From positions 1 to 28,351 of the IMG/VR virus record IMGVR_UViG_3300032318_000963: 28,351 nt of DNA; one strand, 5' to 3'. The position numbers and the translations under genes were made by a program. This DNA comes from a virus (Duplodnaviria > Caudoviricetes). The notes below the pieces were generated by a model. The model saw only the letters and a list, made by a program, of their open reading frames with translations. It had not been told where the DNA came from and made no database searches. Position 1 is the stretch's first letter. Every line of letters starts with the position of its first letter. Shown piece after piece: positions 9,620 to 18,722 of this stretch.

Positions 9620-11357
9620 AATTTAGTGTCTTACCAGCTTTCTTGTTAAGGTCAACTTTTTTGAACCATTTCTGATAACCGGGATTTTGTTGGTATGGGT
9701 TATCGGGAATTCTGTCGACTGCGGTTAGATTATGCCTTACGCGGCATAGTTCAATCAAAATAAACGCCGCATCTGAAATATCTGGAGACTTACCGATACG
9801 GGCCTTCATATCGGTCTTCGTCTCCACACGGATTCGCATACTCAATCCCTTTTCGGTAGTGTACTGGCGCTCCGTCATCTCGCGCACCAATTCTCTAGAG
9901 ATGCCAAATAATTGCTTGTTTCGTATCAATTCTTTGCCAGTCCACCAAAGTTCACTGACCCGATTGGCGTAGCGTTCGTGACCGGGAGCCCTATCGGTCA
10001 GGGATACGGCCTTCTCACTGGCCTTGCCCCCGAACTGCACCCGTAGAGCCTTTCGGGACCACAACGCGTCCACAACGTCACCAAAAGGTGCGCCGCCGCC
10101 GCTCGCGTCATAGGCAGCGTTAACCGGGGTCACGCCCCAAGCCTCACATTTATCCTTGAACTGTCGGGCTATCTGGAAAGCTCTGGGTTCGTCTTTGTTG
10201 GTGACATCCTCGCGAAGTTCTTCGTAGTGGTCGAAGCAGATCACTCTGCGTCCAGTGGTGTCTACGCCGACAAACCCGAAATACAGGATGCTGCGGTCCC
10301 CGTTGGCACTGAAAGAAGGGTCCAATGCCGCGACCTTGGTGGGGGTATTCAGCCACTCGACGCGTTTGTCGGCCCCGTACTTAATGATGTCGGACTCGCT
10401 GTAGATCGAAGTATCCGATCCGGTTGGGCACCAGAACCCGCGATACATGCGCCAGTAGCCGGGACTGTTCTCTCCCAACTTACTTGCACTTTCTGCAAGG
10501 TTTTGTGGAGTGATCATCCAAGGATACACCACGTGGCCTGCGACAATGTTAGGCGATTTGTGGGCGTCGAAGTGCAGGCAATGGCCGCGCTCTGTCTCCC
10601 ACTCTTCGTCTTCGACAGTGATACTACCCCAACCATCTCTTGGCGTGGAGAACTGTCCGAACGGGTCGTAGTAGGATGCGGGGTTGCCGATACCGATCAG
10701 CTGAAAATACGGGTTGTTGGACAGGTTGGTGTACGCAGCTTCAAGGATAGACTCGCCCAATTCTGGCAACTCGTCGGCGATAAAAATGACTCGCTGTTGC
10801 TTGATACCAACCAACTTGCCCACTGCTTCGCGTTCCTTTTTCCTCTCGGCCGCGACCAGTGCGATGCCGCAACGATCGCCGTATTTGGTGTCAGATCCAT
10901 CGTCCATGCGGATCATGCCGACCGAATCCACGAGCTTCCCCGGAAGCCCCGGAACGGCACGCCACAAGTCGGTAATGGCACCCCAAATACGTTTTCTTGA
11001 TTCCTTTAGGCTGGTTGATGTGACGATAACAAGCGTGGCCCAAGGCTTCATCAGGAAATTCACAATGGCCCAGAGTGCGTAGGCTTGTGACTTGCCGGAT
11101 GAAGCGCAACCTGCAACGGCCAAATACTGGTGTTCGAAAGCCGCTTCAACCATGCGTTCTAGCCAAGGCGTCCACTCTATACGCATCTTCGAGTCGGGGT
11201 GATTCCACAGCAAATCGACAACCTGTTTGAAATGGTGGAGCTTTCCGGGAGACTGCGGAGGTGGGTCATTCAGACAACTCAACTCCAAGGTCACTAGCGT
11301 TAGGTCGGCGGGGAACTCCTTCCCGTAAACCATGACTGTCTTGTTATTCTTGGACAT
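9609..11357 (-). CDS. terL: Terminase large subunit
   Basis: Walker A GCASSGKS, Walker B IFIADE, coupling motif GIGNP, nuclease motifs AALDPS and SPDISDA. Confidence 0.93.
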   Translation of the reverse strand: MSKNNKTVMVYGKEFPADLTLVTLELSCLNDPPPQSPGKLHHFKQVVDLLWNHPDSKMRIEWTPWLERMVEAAFEHQYLAVAGCASSGKSQAYALWAIVNFLMKPWATLVIVTSTSLKESRKRIWGAITDLWRAVPGLPGKLVDSVGMIRMDDGSDTKYGDRCGIALVAAERKKEREAVGKLVGIKQQRVIFIADELPELGESILEAAYTNLSNNPYFQLIGIGNPASYYDPFGQFSTPRDGWGSITVEDEEWETERGHCLHFDAHKSPNIVAGHVVYPWMITPQNLAESASKLGENSPGYWRMYRGFWCPTGSDTSIYSESDIIKYGADKRVEWLNTPTKVAALDPSFSANGDRSILYFGFVGVDTTGRRVICFDHYEELREDVTNKDEPRAFQIARQFKDKCEAWGVTPVNAAYDASGGGAPFGDVVDALWSRKALRVQFGGKASEKAVSLTDRAPGHERYANRVSELWWTGKELIRNKQLFGISRELVREMTERQYTTEKGLSMRIRVETKTDMKARIGKSPDISDAAFILIELCRVRHNLTAVDRIPDNPYQQNPGYQKWFKKVDLNKKAGKTLNYGY

Positions 11358-11371
11358 GTTTAAAAAAGTTT

Positions 11372-11400
11372 TTGACAGCGGCGAGATGACGCGTCAATCT
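11372..11400 (+). promoter_or_regulatory. Promoter/operator in the 65-bp divergent terL-int gap
   Basis: TTGACA 11372-11377, 17-nt spacer, CAATCT; palindrome TGACGCGTCA 11387-11396; opposing TTGACG on the minus strand at 11392-11397. Confidence 0.45.
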
Positions 11401-11422
11401 TGGCGCACACAACCTCAAACAC

Positions 11423-12577
11423 ATGAAGCAGACTCAAACACTGAAGTGGCCTCGCGTCCACAAATCGCGCTACGGAAAAGTCACTGTCTATCGACAAGTC
11501 AAGAACGGTGGCGACATGTTTACCCTCTCGTGGTACGTGGGTGAAAAACGCATTCGAGAGACCACGACAGATCGCATCGACGCCGAAGAACGGGCTCAAG
11601 AAATTATGACAATGTTTCGTGCGGGCAACCCGCCGAAAGAACCGCGTAGACGCGAGGCTAAGTCCAAAAAATCTTGGGGTCATGTTATCGGTGACGTGCC
11701 TTTGGAAGAAGTGGTCAAGTACTATGCCCAAACCCACAGTTTACTGCCGTCAATCACGGTCGACAAAGTATGTACGCAATACTTGGCGGTCAAGGCCAAT
11801 TTCGGAATCGGTTCCAGATATCGTCAAACCCTGTCACAAAATCTACGTAGATTTTGTTACAAATTCGGCGATGAAAACATAACGTCGATCACTAGCGGAG
11901 GTGTCAACGACTACCTGCTCGGGATGGCGGATTTGAGGACGCGATTTAATCACAGAGCCAGCCTCCGTGGCCTCTTCAAATGGGCGAAAAGCCAAAACTT
12001 TATACACAAATCCTGTGTAGAGGAGACCGAGAATCCCAAATTCAAACTGAAAACACCCGAACTGTTCACTGCAGAAGAACTGGAGAGACTGGTGGGAGTC
12101 GCGGATGACAAGTCCCTACCCATGCTTATTGCCGGAGCCTACGCTGGTTTACGCATGTCAGAGATTGAGCGAGTCAAGTGGAGCGATATCAACTGGGAAG
12201 AACGTGCCTTCATCCTTGGGCCGGAACTCACCAAAACCAACCGAAGCAGGGTGGCTTATTTCCCCGAGTCGGTAGCGGACAAACTCCGAAATCTGGCCGT
12301 TCTAGCTAGGCTGAAAGACCGTACGAAACTGCTGCAAGATACCTGTACCCACCATATCGCCCAGTTAACCAAGGTCTCCGGAGTGGAGTGGAAGAAAAAT
12401 GGTTTGCGTAAGACTTACATATCGTGTCGAATTGCCCTGACACGAAACGCTGCCGAAGTGGCCGAACAATGCGGAAACTCCCCGACAGTCATTCAACAAA
12501 ACTACAAGGGCTTGGTAACCAAGTCGGAAGCAGAATCGTGGTTCAACGTGATTAAATCAAATGATACTAGCAATTGA
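11423..12577 (+). CDS. int: Tyrosine recombinase/integrase
   Basis: 384 aa; AGLRMSE (R), LTKT (K), KNGLRKT (HxxR variant), CGNS, NY (catalytic Y); arm-binding-like N-terminus and SAM-like middle. Confidence 0.9.
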   Translation: MKQTQTLKWPRVHKSRYGKVTVYRQVKNGGDMFTLSWYVGEKRIRETTTDRIDAEERAQEIMTMFRAGNPPKEPRRREAKSKKSWGHVIGDVPLEEVVKYYAQTHSLLPSITVDKVCTQYLAVKANFGIGSRYRQTLSQNLRRFCYKFGDENITSITSGGVNDYLLGMADLRTRFNHRASLRGLFKWAKSQNFIHKSCVEETENPKFKLKTPELFTAEELERLVGVADDKSLPMLIAGAYAGLRMSEIERVKWSDINWEERAFILGPELTKTNRSRVAYFPESVADKLRNLAVLARLKDRTKLLQDTCTHHIAQLTKVSGVEWKKNGLRKTYISCRIALTRNAAEVAEQCGNSPTVIQQNYKGLVTKSEAESWFNVIKSNDTSN

Positions 12578-13013
12578 TCCGGGAAAATCTGGAGCCCTCG
12601 TAACGGGCCGAACTTTAGACGATCCCCATACGTTCAACATGCCAGATACCCTAGGGGATTTGGTGCAACTGTTTCGGAGAATCGTGCATGTCACGGACTG
12701 CGTGGTTTATTTGGAAAAAGTTGGCGGCTACGCGGGAGGTCGGGGTGCCCCCGGATCGGCGATGTTTAACTTCGGACAGAACTACGGACATCTCGAAGCT
12801 ATCGCCCATACGCTCGGCCTAGAAGTCCGACACGTTACACCGCAAAAATGGCAGAAAGCCTTGGCGTTGGGTACATCCAACGGGCGATCAAAGACGGAGT
12901 GGAAGAATCATCTCAAGGCGAAAGCACAGATGCTCTATCCGAACCACAAAGTAACTTTAGCGAACGCGGACGCGCTGTTGATCTTCCACGCAGCAAAACG
13001 CGGACTTATCTGA
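12561..13013 (+). CDS. RuvC-like Holliday junction resolvase
   Basis: ILAIDPGKSGA, VYLEKV, SAMFNFGQNYG, VTPQKWQK, ADALLI. Confidence 0.87.
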   Translation: MILAIDPGKSGALVTGRTLDDPHTFNMPDTLGDLVQLFRRIVHVTDCVVYLEKVGGYAGGRGAPGSAMFNFGQNYGHLEAIAHTLGLEVRHVTPQKWQKALALGTSNGRSKTEWKNHLKAKAQMLYPNHKVTLANADALLIFHAAKRGLI

Positions 13014-13019
13014 ATTTAA

Positions 13020-13143
13020 CACATGGAGAACAGACGGGCATCAATAAGGGACTGGAGGTCCCGCGCAATGTCGACGGTCTGCCGTGTGCGCGACTCCGCG
13101 CTATTGGGGGTAACCACTCTGTGATTACTACGCGTGGGGTCGC
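13020..13143 (+). ncRNA. Candidate structured intergenic RNA (two compound stem-loops)
   Basis: CACATGG/CCGTGTG, CAGAC/GTCTG, GGGAC/GTCCC; GCGACTCC/GGGGTCGC with inner GTAACCAC/GTGATTAC; G-U pairs favour the plus strand. Confidence 0.4.
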
Positions 13144-13152
13144 AAACTTTTT

Positions 13153-13422
13153 ATGGCAAACAACGACATAACTCAGGCAGGCAAGGGCGATTCGCCGCGT
13201 CCAGTCAATGGCGATCGTTACCGAGATAACTACGACTTCATCTTCCGCAAGAAATACCCTGACTGGATTTGCGGATCCTGTGGCCGAGTCCACGGTAAAC
13301 GTCCGGAAGGCAATCCCTACGGAGCGACCTACCACATCGGAAAGTGCGACATTTGCGGTGAGGAGCGCGAGGTGACCGAACCTCGGGACTACGGTCATTT
13401 GAAGGAAGGGTGGGAGGTATAA
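13153..13422 (+). CDS. Small zinc-ribbon protein
   Basis: 89 aa; CGSC...CDIC; N-terminal GKGDSPRP..YRDNYDFIF motif recalled from other phages. Confidence 0.75.
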   Translation: MANNDITQAGKGDSPRPVNGDRYRDNYDFIFRKKYPDWICGSCGRVHGKRPEGNPYGATYHIGKCDICGEEREVTEPRDYGHLKEGWEV

Positions 13423-15854
13423 AAACCCTCTACCCAGTTCAAGACCTGCACGTACAGAATCTCTGTACGGTTTTGACGCTGAACAATGCGGCATTGGACT
13501 CCAGTGACACCGGGACGGGTAAAACGGTATGCGCAGTCGAAGCTACCAAGGCTCTTGGTAAGAAAGCCTTCGTCATCTGTCCGAAAATCGTCATCCCTTC
13601 GTGGGAAAAAACGCTTCACGAACAGGGTGCATCGTCAATTGGCGTCATCAACTACGAAAAACTCCGTACAGGGCGCACGAGGTTCGGGCATTGGTCCAGC
13701 AAGAACTTCATCTTCACCATACCGGACGATGCATTGATCATTTGGGACGAAGCTCATCGCTGCCAAGGGATGTGGAGCAAGAACGCCAAGATGATGATCT
13801 CGGCGAAAAAGTGGCAAAACCTGCTTCTCTCGGCTTCGGCATGCGAAGACCCGACCGAGATGAGGGCAAGTGGGTTCCTGCTGGGCCTGCACTGCCTGTC
13901 CAATTTCTACAACTGGGCCAAAGCGCGTGGCTGCTACATCAATCCGTGGGGCGCGCTTGAGTTCAAACAAAACGAGCGTTGGGCTCTAGATACCATAAAC
14001 CAAGAACTTTACCCAAAACGGGGCGATCGGATGACTCGTGCTGATCTCAAAGAATTTTTCAAAGAGACACGAATTGTCACCGATCCCATTGACTTCGGGG
14101 ACTCGGGCAAGATTCAAAAAATTTATGACGAAATGGACGCAGAACTCACAGTCCTTGAGCAAAAAGCCCAAGGGGACAGCAAAAACAAAGCCGCGCAAAA
14201 GCTCGTCGCGCAACTCCGCGCAAGACAAGCGGTCGAACTTGCAAAAGTACCTGCAACGGTTGAAATCATCGAAGACGAAATCCACGCGGGGAATTCAGTG
14301 GCCGTCTTCCTCAACTTTGATGCTACGCTTGAAGCGATTGGGCAACGCCTCAAAATCCCCTACGAAGTCATCAAAGGCGGTCAAAAAGCGGAAGACCGAG
14401 AAAAAGCAGTGGAAAACTTTTGCGGAGACAGAACACACGTTATCCTATGCAACATTGCCGCTGGAGGACTGGGAGTGTCGCTCCACGATGTACATGGGAA
14501 TCGCCCGCGCACGTCCCTTATTTCACCAACGTACAACGCCAAAGACATGCTCCAAACCATCGGACGAGTAGACCGAGCGGGGGCGAAGACGGATAGCGTG
14601 CAGCGCATACTGTTTGCCGCTGGGACTGTCGAGGAGAAAGTTGAAACGAGCGTTCGAGCGAAATTAAAAAATATTTCCGATCTGCATGAAAAAGCATTGA
14701 CGGAACACGAAGCCCCTAGTATCAATAGCACACACATGAATCAGACAACGACACCAGCGCCCGCTGAAAAACTTCACGCAGAGCACGGGCCTTCGAGCCT
14801 CAAGTACAAAGAAATTTGCCCCAGCTGGCGCAACCGCGACACGAAGAACTGGGCCTCCGAAAAAGGAGATCGTATCCACGAAGCGATGGAGTTCGATGAC
14901 CCATCCAAGTGCGCCAACGACGATGAGCGCGGCATCTACGAGGCATTGCAGACTTACGTGGCCCAAATTACCAAGGGCAAAAAAATTTCCCGCGATCACC
15001 GCGAAGTGAAAGTCGACATCGACTTGGGGCAGGGCCGTTCGACGTTCGGCACCTGCGACAGATTCTTTGTTTACGATGGCGACTGTGCGGACGCGATCGA
15101 CTACAAAACAGGTTTTGGTGCCATTGATGACGCGGAGATAAACATCCAAGGTCAAGCGTACGTTCTGGGGTTGTTTCAAAAGTTCCCCCATATCAATGAG
15201 ATCACCATGTATTTTCTCGTGCCAGCGCGGGACGAGGCATCAATGCACACGTACAAGAGATCAGATGTGGGTGGGATCAAGTTGCGTGTGTCTACGGTAA
15301 TCGAACGCGCCGAAGTTGGCGGCGTGTTCAATCCTCAAGCAGGGGTGTGCGATTATTGTGGGAATCAAGCACGCTGCCCCGCGCTGGCCGAGAAAGCTCT
15401 TCTCATTGCGAAACGATACGACACGGAAGGTCTGGTAATTCCCGAATCGGTTCGGGGTTCCGAACAAGACGATCCCAAAAAAGTCTCCGATCTTCTGACT
15501 CTGGTCCCGATCATCGAATCGTGGGCGACTGGGGTCCGTAAACGGGCTACTGAAATGGCTGTGGATCAGGGAGTCGAACTTCCGGGGTTCAAGGTCATTG
15601 AAATGACCAAGCCGAGAACTATTACAAGTGCGCTAGGCGCTTACGAGGCTGTTAAGGACAGCGTGGATTTGCGCGATTTCCTTTCCGCCGTCGACAAGGT
15701 CTCCGTGACCAAGTTGGAAGACATTTTTGCCCAGAAAGCCGCTCGCGGCACAAAGGCAAAAACCCGTGCTGCCCTCGAAGGGAAGTTGCGGGATTTAGGA
15801 GTCCTTCAAGATGAAGGTGTCTCCTATCAGCTAAGAAAAAATAAAAACCAATAA
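13410..15854 (+). CDS. SF2 (SNF2-like) helicase fused to a Cas4/DUF2800-like PD-(D/E)XK nuclease
   Basis: Helicase: DTGTGKT, WDEAH, LSAS, QTIGRVDR. Nuclease from about Met443: PSSL...CP, GDRIHE, GTCD, IDYKTG, QGQAY, CDYC..C. Confidence 0.88.
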   Translation: MGGIKTLYPVQDLHVQNLCTVLTLNNAALDSSDTGTGKTVCAVEATKALGKKAFVICPKIVIPSWEKTLHEQGASSIGVINYEKLRTGRTRFGHWSSKNFIFTIPDDALIIWDEAHRCQGMWSKNAKMMISAKKWQNLLLSASACEDPTEMRASGFLLGLHCLSNFYNWAKARGCYINPWGALEFKQNERWALDTINQELYPKRGDRMTRADLKEFFKETRIVTDPIDFGDSGKIQKIYDEMDAELTVLEQKAQGDSKNKAAQKLVAQLRARQAVELAKVPATVEIIEDEIHAGNSVAVFLNFDATLEAIGQRLKIPYEVIKGGQKAEDREKAVENFCGDRTHVILCNIAAGGLGVSLHDVHGNRPRTSLISPTYNAKDMLQTIGRVDRAGAKTDSVQRILFAAGTVEEKVETSVRAKLKNISDLHEKALTEHEAPSINSTHMNQTTTPAPAEKLHAEHGPSSLKYKEICPSWRNRDTKNWASEKGDRIHEAMEFDDPSKCANDDERGIYEALQTYVAQITKGKKISRDHREVKVDIDLGQGRSTFGTCDRFFVYDGDCADAIDYKTGFGAIDDAEINIQGQAYVLGLFQKFPHINEITMYFLVPARDEASMHTYKRSDVGGIKLRVSTVIERAEVGGVFNPQAGVCDYCGNQARCPALAEKALLIAKRYDTEGLVIPESVRGSEQDDPKKVSDLLTLVPIIESWATGVRKRATEMAVDQGVELPGFKVIEMTKPRTITSALGAYEAVKDSVDLRDFLSAVDKVSVTKLEDIFAQKAARGTKAKTRAALEGKLRDLGVLQDEGVSYQLRKNKNQ
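14697..14738 (+). promoter_or_regulatory. Candidate internal promoter and in-frame start for the nuclease half
   Basis: TTGACG 14697-14702, 17 nt, TATCAA 14720-14725, then CACACAC-ATG (14736). Confidence 0.4.
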
Positions 15855-15878
15855 ACCATTAGAAACCAAATAAACCAT

Positions 15879-16637
15879 ATGGCTACTGTATCGTTCAAAA
15901 ACGCGGCTCCTGCTACCAGCGAGCCGGAAATCATCGAAGCTCAGATCGTCACCGTTAACGCGGAATCCAAGGCGGTCGCGACTGTTTCGACCGACCGTGT
16001 GATCCAAGGAGGTGCCCGTGGCATCGAAGGTGAAATCACCACCAAGGACATCGTCCTGCCCCGCATCAATCTGGTCCAGAAGACCGGACCTCTGGTGGAC
16101 TCGGGCATGGTCCCCGGCTCCTTTGTGTTCGACAAAGAAGTCAATCTCAGCAACGGCAAAGACCCGCTCAGTATCACGGTTCTTCGTCTCGTCAAGCAGT
16201 ACAAACAGAAGCTGGAGTACGGCGACCCGTCCACTCCGCTGGTGTTTACTACGCAACAGGAAGTCATCGACAACGGCGGATCTCTCCGCTACGGCGAGCC
16301 GAATTACTTCCAAGAAATCGCTCATCTGTTCTTGGCCATCGCCAAACCGGAAAACATTTCGGAAGAGCACGCGAGTCACTTCTACCGCGAACACAATGGC
16401 AAGCAATACACCAACGCGGTCTACACCGTGGCTTCCACTGCGTTCACGTCAGTCGGCAAAAAAGTCATCAAGGCTGGCTACAGCCAACTTCGTGACGGCC
16501 TCTGGCTCGGCGAGTGGAAACTCAAGAGCGAACTCCAGAAAAATACCAAAGGTTCTTGGTACATTCCGGAAGTGACATTCGCTGGAATGTATGATAAGGA
16601 TGCTGCTGCGTTCTTTGAATCCATGGCGAATGCCTAA
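15879..16637 (+). CDS. Probable ssDNA-binding/annealing protein
   Basis: 252 aa between nuclease and polymerase; DIVLPRINLVQ motif, KGSWYIP strand; clean codon usage suggesting high expression. Confidence 0.58.
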   Translation: MATVSFKNAAPATSEPEIIEAQIVTVNAESKAVATVSTDRVIQGGARGIEGEITTKDIVLPRINLVQKTGPLVDSGMVPGSFVFDKEVNLSNGKDPLSITVLRLVKQYKQKLEYGDPSTPLVFTTQQEVIDNGGSLRYGEPNYFQEIAHLFLAIAKPENISEEHASHFYREHNGKQYTNAVYTVASTAFTSVGKKVIKAGYSQLRDGLWLGEWKLKSELQKNTKGSWYIPEVTFAGMYDKDAAAFFESMANA

Positions 16638-16646
16638 TCATTGACA

Positions 16647-16756
16647 GTTCGGGAGTGGCGTATGCTATGCGGGGAGATCCCGCAAGACCGGGGTATCGTA
16701 GGCGTGTTTACGCTTCTCATGTGTCTCCCCAGTGTGAAACAAAGCCACTCCCGAAC
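16647..16756 (+). ncRNA. Candidate multibranch structured RNA upstream of the polymerase
   Basis: Perfect 13-bp closing stem GTTCGGGAGTGGC/GCCACTCCCGAAC around inner hairpins, followed by a U-rich tract. Confidence 0.5.
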
Positions 16757-16771
16757 CTTTTTCTTATACAC

Positions 16772-18526
16772 ATGGAGACAGCAGCCGTAGACTTCGAGAC
16801 CTTCTACAACGGAGAGGTCGGAGTCGAAACATTGGGTGTGTGGCACTACTGCCGACACCCCGAATTTGACGCATATCTGGTAACGATAGCCACCACAACC
16901 GGGGTCAAGTACTGTGGTCGCCCAGAAGATTTCGATTGGTCCGCAATCTCCGGAGCCAACTGGAGATGGGTCAGTCACAACAGATCCTTCGATCAACCCG
17001 TCTACGAGAGTCTGGTCGAGTCGGACAAAGTTCCCCACCATTTTCCTACCGTCTGGGAGTGTACCGCCGATCTTTCGGCATTCCTAGGTGCGCCGAGAAA
17101 CCTCAAGAACGCCTCGGCGGAACTACTCAAAGCGGATGTGTCCAAAGACACCCGAAACAAGATGAAAGGCCAGCGTTGGGAGAACATGGACGCGGCTCTC
17201 CGCAAAGAGGTCGAGGAGTACGCCATCAAGGATGCCGAGCTTTGCTTGGACCTTTGGGTGAAGTACGGCGATCTCTGGCCGGAGCAAGAGCGTTGGCTTT
17301 CGCGTGAAACCACACGCATGTGTCTCCAAGGAGTTCCGCTCAACCGGAACATGATCGACGATCGGATTGAGCACCTCAAAGTTCTTCTCTGGGAGGCTAG
17401 GATCAAGCTGCCGTGGGTTGAAGATGACCGACCTACCCTGTCGGCGATTGCCTTGGCCGAGGAGTGCCACAAAGTAGGCATCACCCCGCCACCATCGCTG
17501 GCCGAAGACAGTGCCGAATGCGAGGCGTGGGAGAAAGAGCATGGCGACAAGTACCCGTGGGTGTCAGCCATGCGGCAGTACCGCAAGTGCAACATTCTTC
17601 TCAAGAAGCTGGAGACGATGCGTAAGAGACTACGTCCGGACGGCTGGATGTCCTACGGGCTGAAATACTTCGGGGCCACCACGGGACGCGACAGCGGAGA
17701 CGCTGGACTGAACATGCAGAACCTCCAGCGAGCCGAGAGCTACGGGGTCAATGTTCGAGGGCTCATTGAAGCGCCGAAGGGGTACTCGTTCGTAATCTCG
17801 GATCTCTCCCAGATCGAACCGCGCTGCCTGTCTTGGCTGGCTGGGGATATGGATATGCTAGACTTCATCGCCAAAAGTTCGGATCTGTACGAGGCGCAAG
17901 CCCGTGCGTGGGGCTTCTGGGACAGAGAAGAATCGCTCCGTACCGACACAACTGGCATCCGCCACTTGGTCAAACAACTCAACCTCGGCCTCGGTTATGG
18001 CATGGGGATCAAGAGGTTCTGCGAAGTGACGGGACTCGAACAACACAAAGCAGGAGAATTGGTTGCCCTGTATCGCAGGAAAAATCCAAAAGTTCTCGCC
18101 CTGTGGAAACGATTGGAGAACAATCTACGCATGTCGGTGACACGAAATGACGGGACTTACGAAGTCGAACTGCCGAATGGGCGTAAGCTGACTTATCGCA
18201 ACCCGAACAACAACGAGGGCCATCTCAGCGCCGAAATCGTGCGCGGCGGCAAGTACGTCCGCATGAAGTGGTGGGGTGGTAGCCTGACAGAAAACCTAAC
18301 GCAAGCCATGGCGAGGGACTGTTTTATGTCGGCAGTAAACCGTATCCGGGAGGCGAACATTCCCGTCATTATGAGGGTCCACGACGAAGTAGTATGCTGC
18401 GTCAAGGACAGTGATGCTGACACAGTAAAACAAGTTGTGGAGTCAATTATGCACAAAGCACCGGAGTGGGCGAGTAACCTGCCTCTGGCCAGCGAAACCA
18501 AGGTCACTAAGAAGTACGAGAAATGA
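16772..18526 (+). CDS. polA: Family A DNA polymerase with 3'-5' exonuclease and no 5'-3' exonuclease
   Basis: ExoI VDFET, ExoII HNRSFD, ExoIII YAIKD, motif A SDLSQIEPR, motif B RHLVKQLNLGLGYG, motif C VHDE. Start 16772 preferred to 16655. Confidence 0.94.
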   Translation: METAAVDFETFYNGEVGVETLGVWHYCRHPEFDAYLVTIATTTGVKYCGRPEDFDWSAISGANWRWVSHNRSFDQPVYESLVESDKVPHHFPTVWECTADLSAFLGAPRNLKNASAELLKADVSKDTRNKMKGQRWENMDAALRKEVEEYAIKDAELCLDLWVKYGDLWPEQERWLSRETTRMCLQGVPLNRNMIDDRIEHLKVLLWEARIKLPWVEDDRPTLSAIALAEECHKVGITPPPSLAEDSAECEAWEKEHGDKYPWVSAMRQYRKCNILLKKLETMRKRLRPDGWMSYGLKYFGATTGRDSGDAGLNMQNLQRAESYGVNVRGLIEAPKGYSFVISDLSQIEPRCLSWLAGDMDMLDFIAKSSDLYEAQARAWGFWDREESLRTDTTGIRHLVKQLNLGLGYGMGIKRFCEVTGLEQHKAGELVALYRRKNPKVLALWKRLENNLRMSVTRNDGTYEVELPNGRKLTYRNPNNNEGHLSAEIVRGGKYVRMKWWGGSLTENLTQAMARDCFMSAVNRIREANIPVIMRVHDEVVCCVKDSDADTVKQVVESIMHKAPEWASNLPLASETKVTKKYEK

Positions 18527-18720
18527 CCTCCATCGCCGAATCCCTCTCACCCACGGATAGCTACGTCCATCTTCATAGATGCATGGGCAGCCGCTTGATG
18601 TGGGCTGTTATAAACATGGAGTACAACTCCGATAACTTCCACAACTTCGACTGGAGAAATTTTGATCCTTGGTCGATGGAGTGGGCAATCAACTACGAAG
18701 GTCAACAAGAACAAGATTAA
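18523..18720 (+). CDS. Hypothetical protein
   Basis: 65 aa, 4-nt overlap with the polymerase stop, fills the gap to the next gene. Confidence 0.55.
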   Translation: MTSIAESLSPTDSYVHLHRCMGSRLMWAVINMEYNSDNFHNFDWRNFDPWSMEWAINYEGQQEQD

Positions 18721-18722
18721 TC

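Noticed and set aside
3180-11082. Long plus-strand ORFs (3180-4322, 4915-5649, 6804-7805, 10227-11000 and others)
   Set aside because: Antisense shadows of capsid, scaffold, portal and terminase genes with no recognisable motifs.
14736-15854. Cas4-like domain as part of a CRISPR-Cas system
   Set aside because: No cas1, cas2 or array; context is a phage replication/recombination module.
16641-16671. TTGACA...TATGCT as a polymerase promoter
   Set aside because: Spacer is 14 nt (or 19 nt to the next TATGC), outside the normal range.
16647-16756. Assignment to hammerhead, hairpin or twister-sister ribozyme
   Set aside because: Only fragments resemble the cores (GAAACA, GCAAG, CTCA); required helices and core sequences do not line up by eye.
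16655-16771. 39-aa N-terminal extension of the polymerase
   Set aside because: Overlaps a strongly paired element; ExoI motif begins right after Met at 16772, which has the typical start context.
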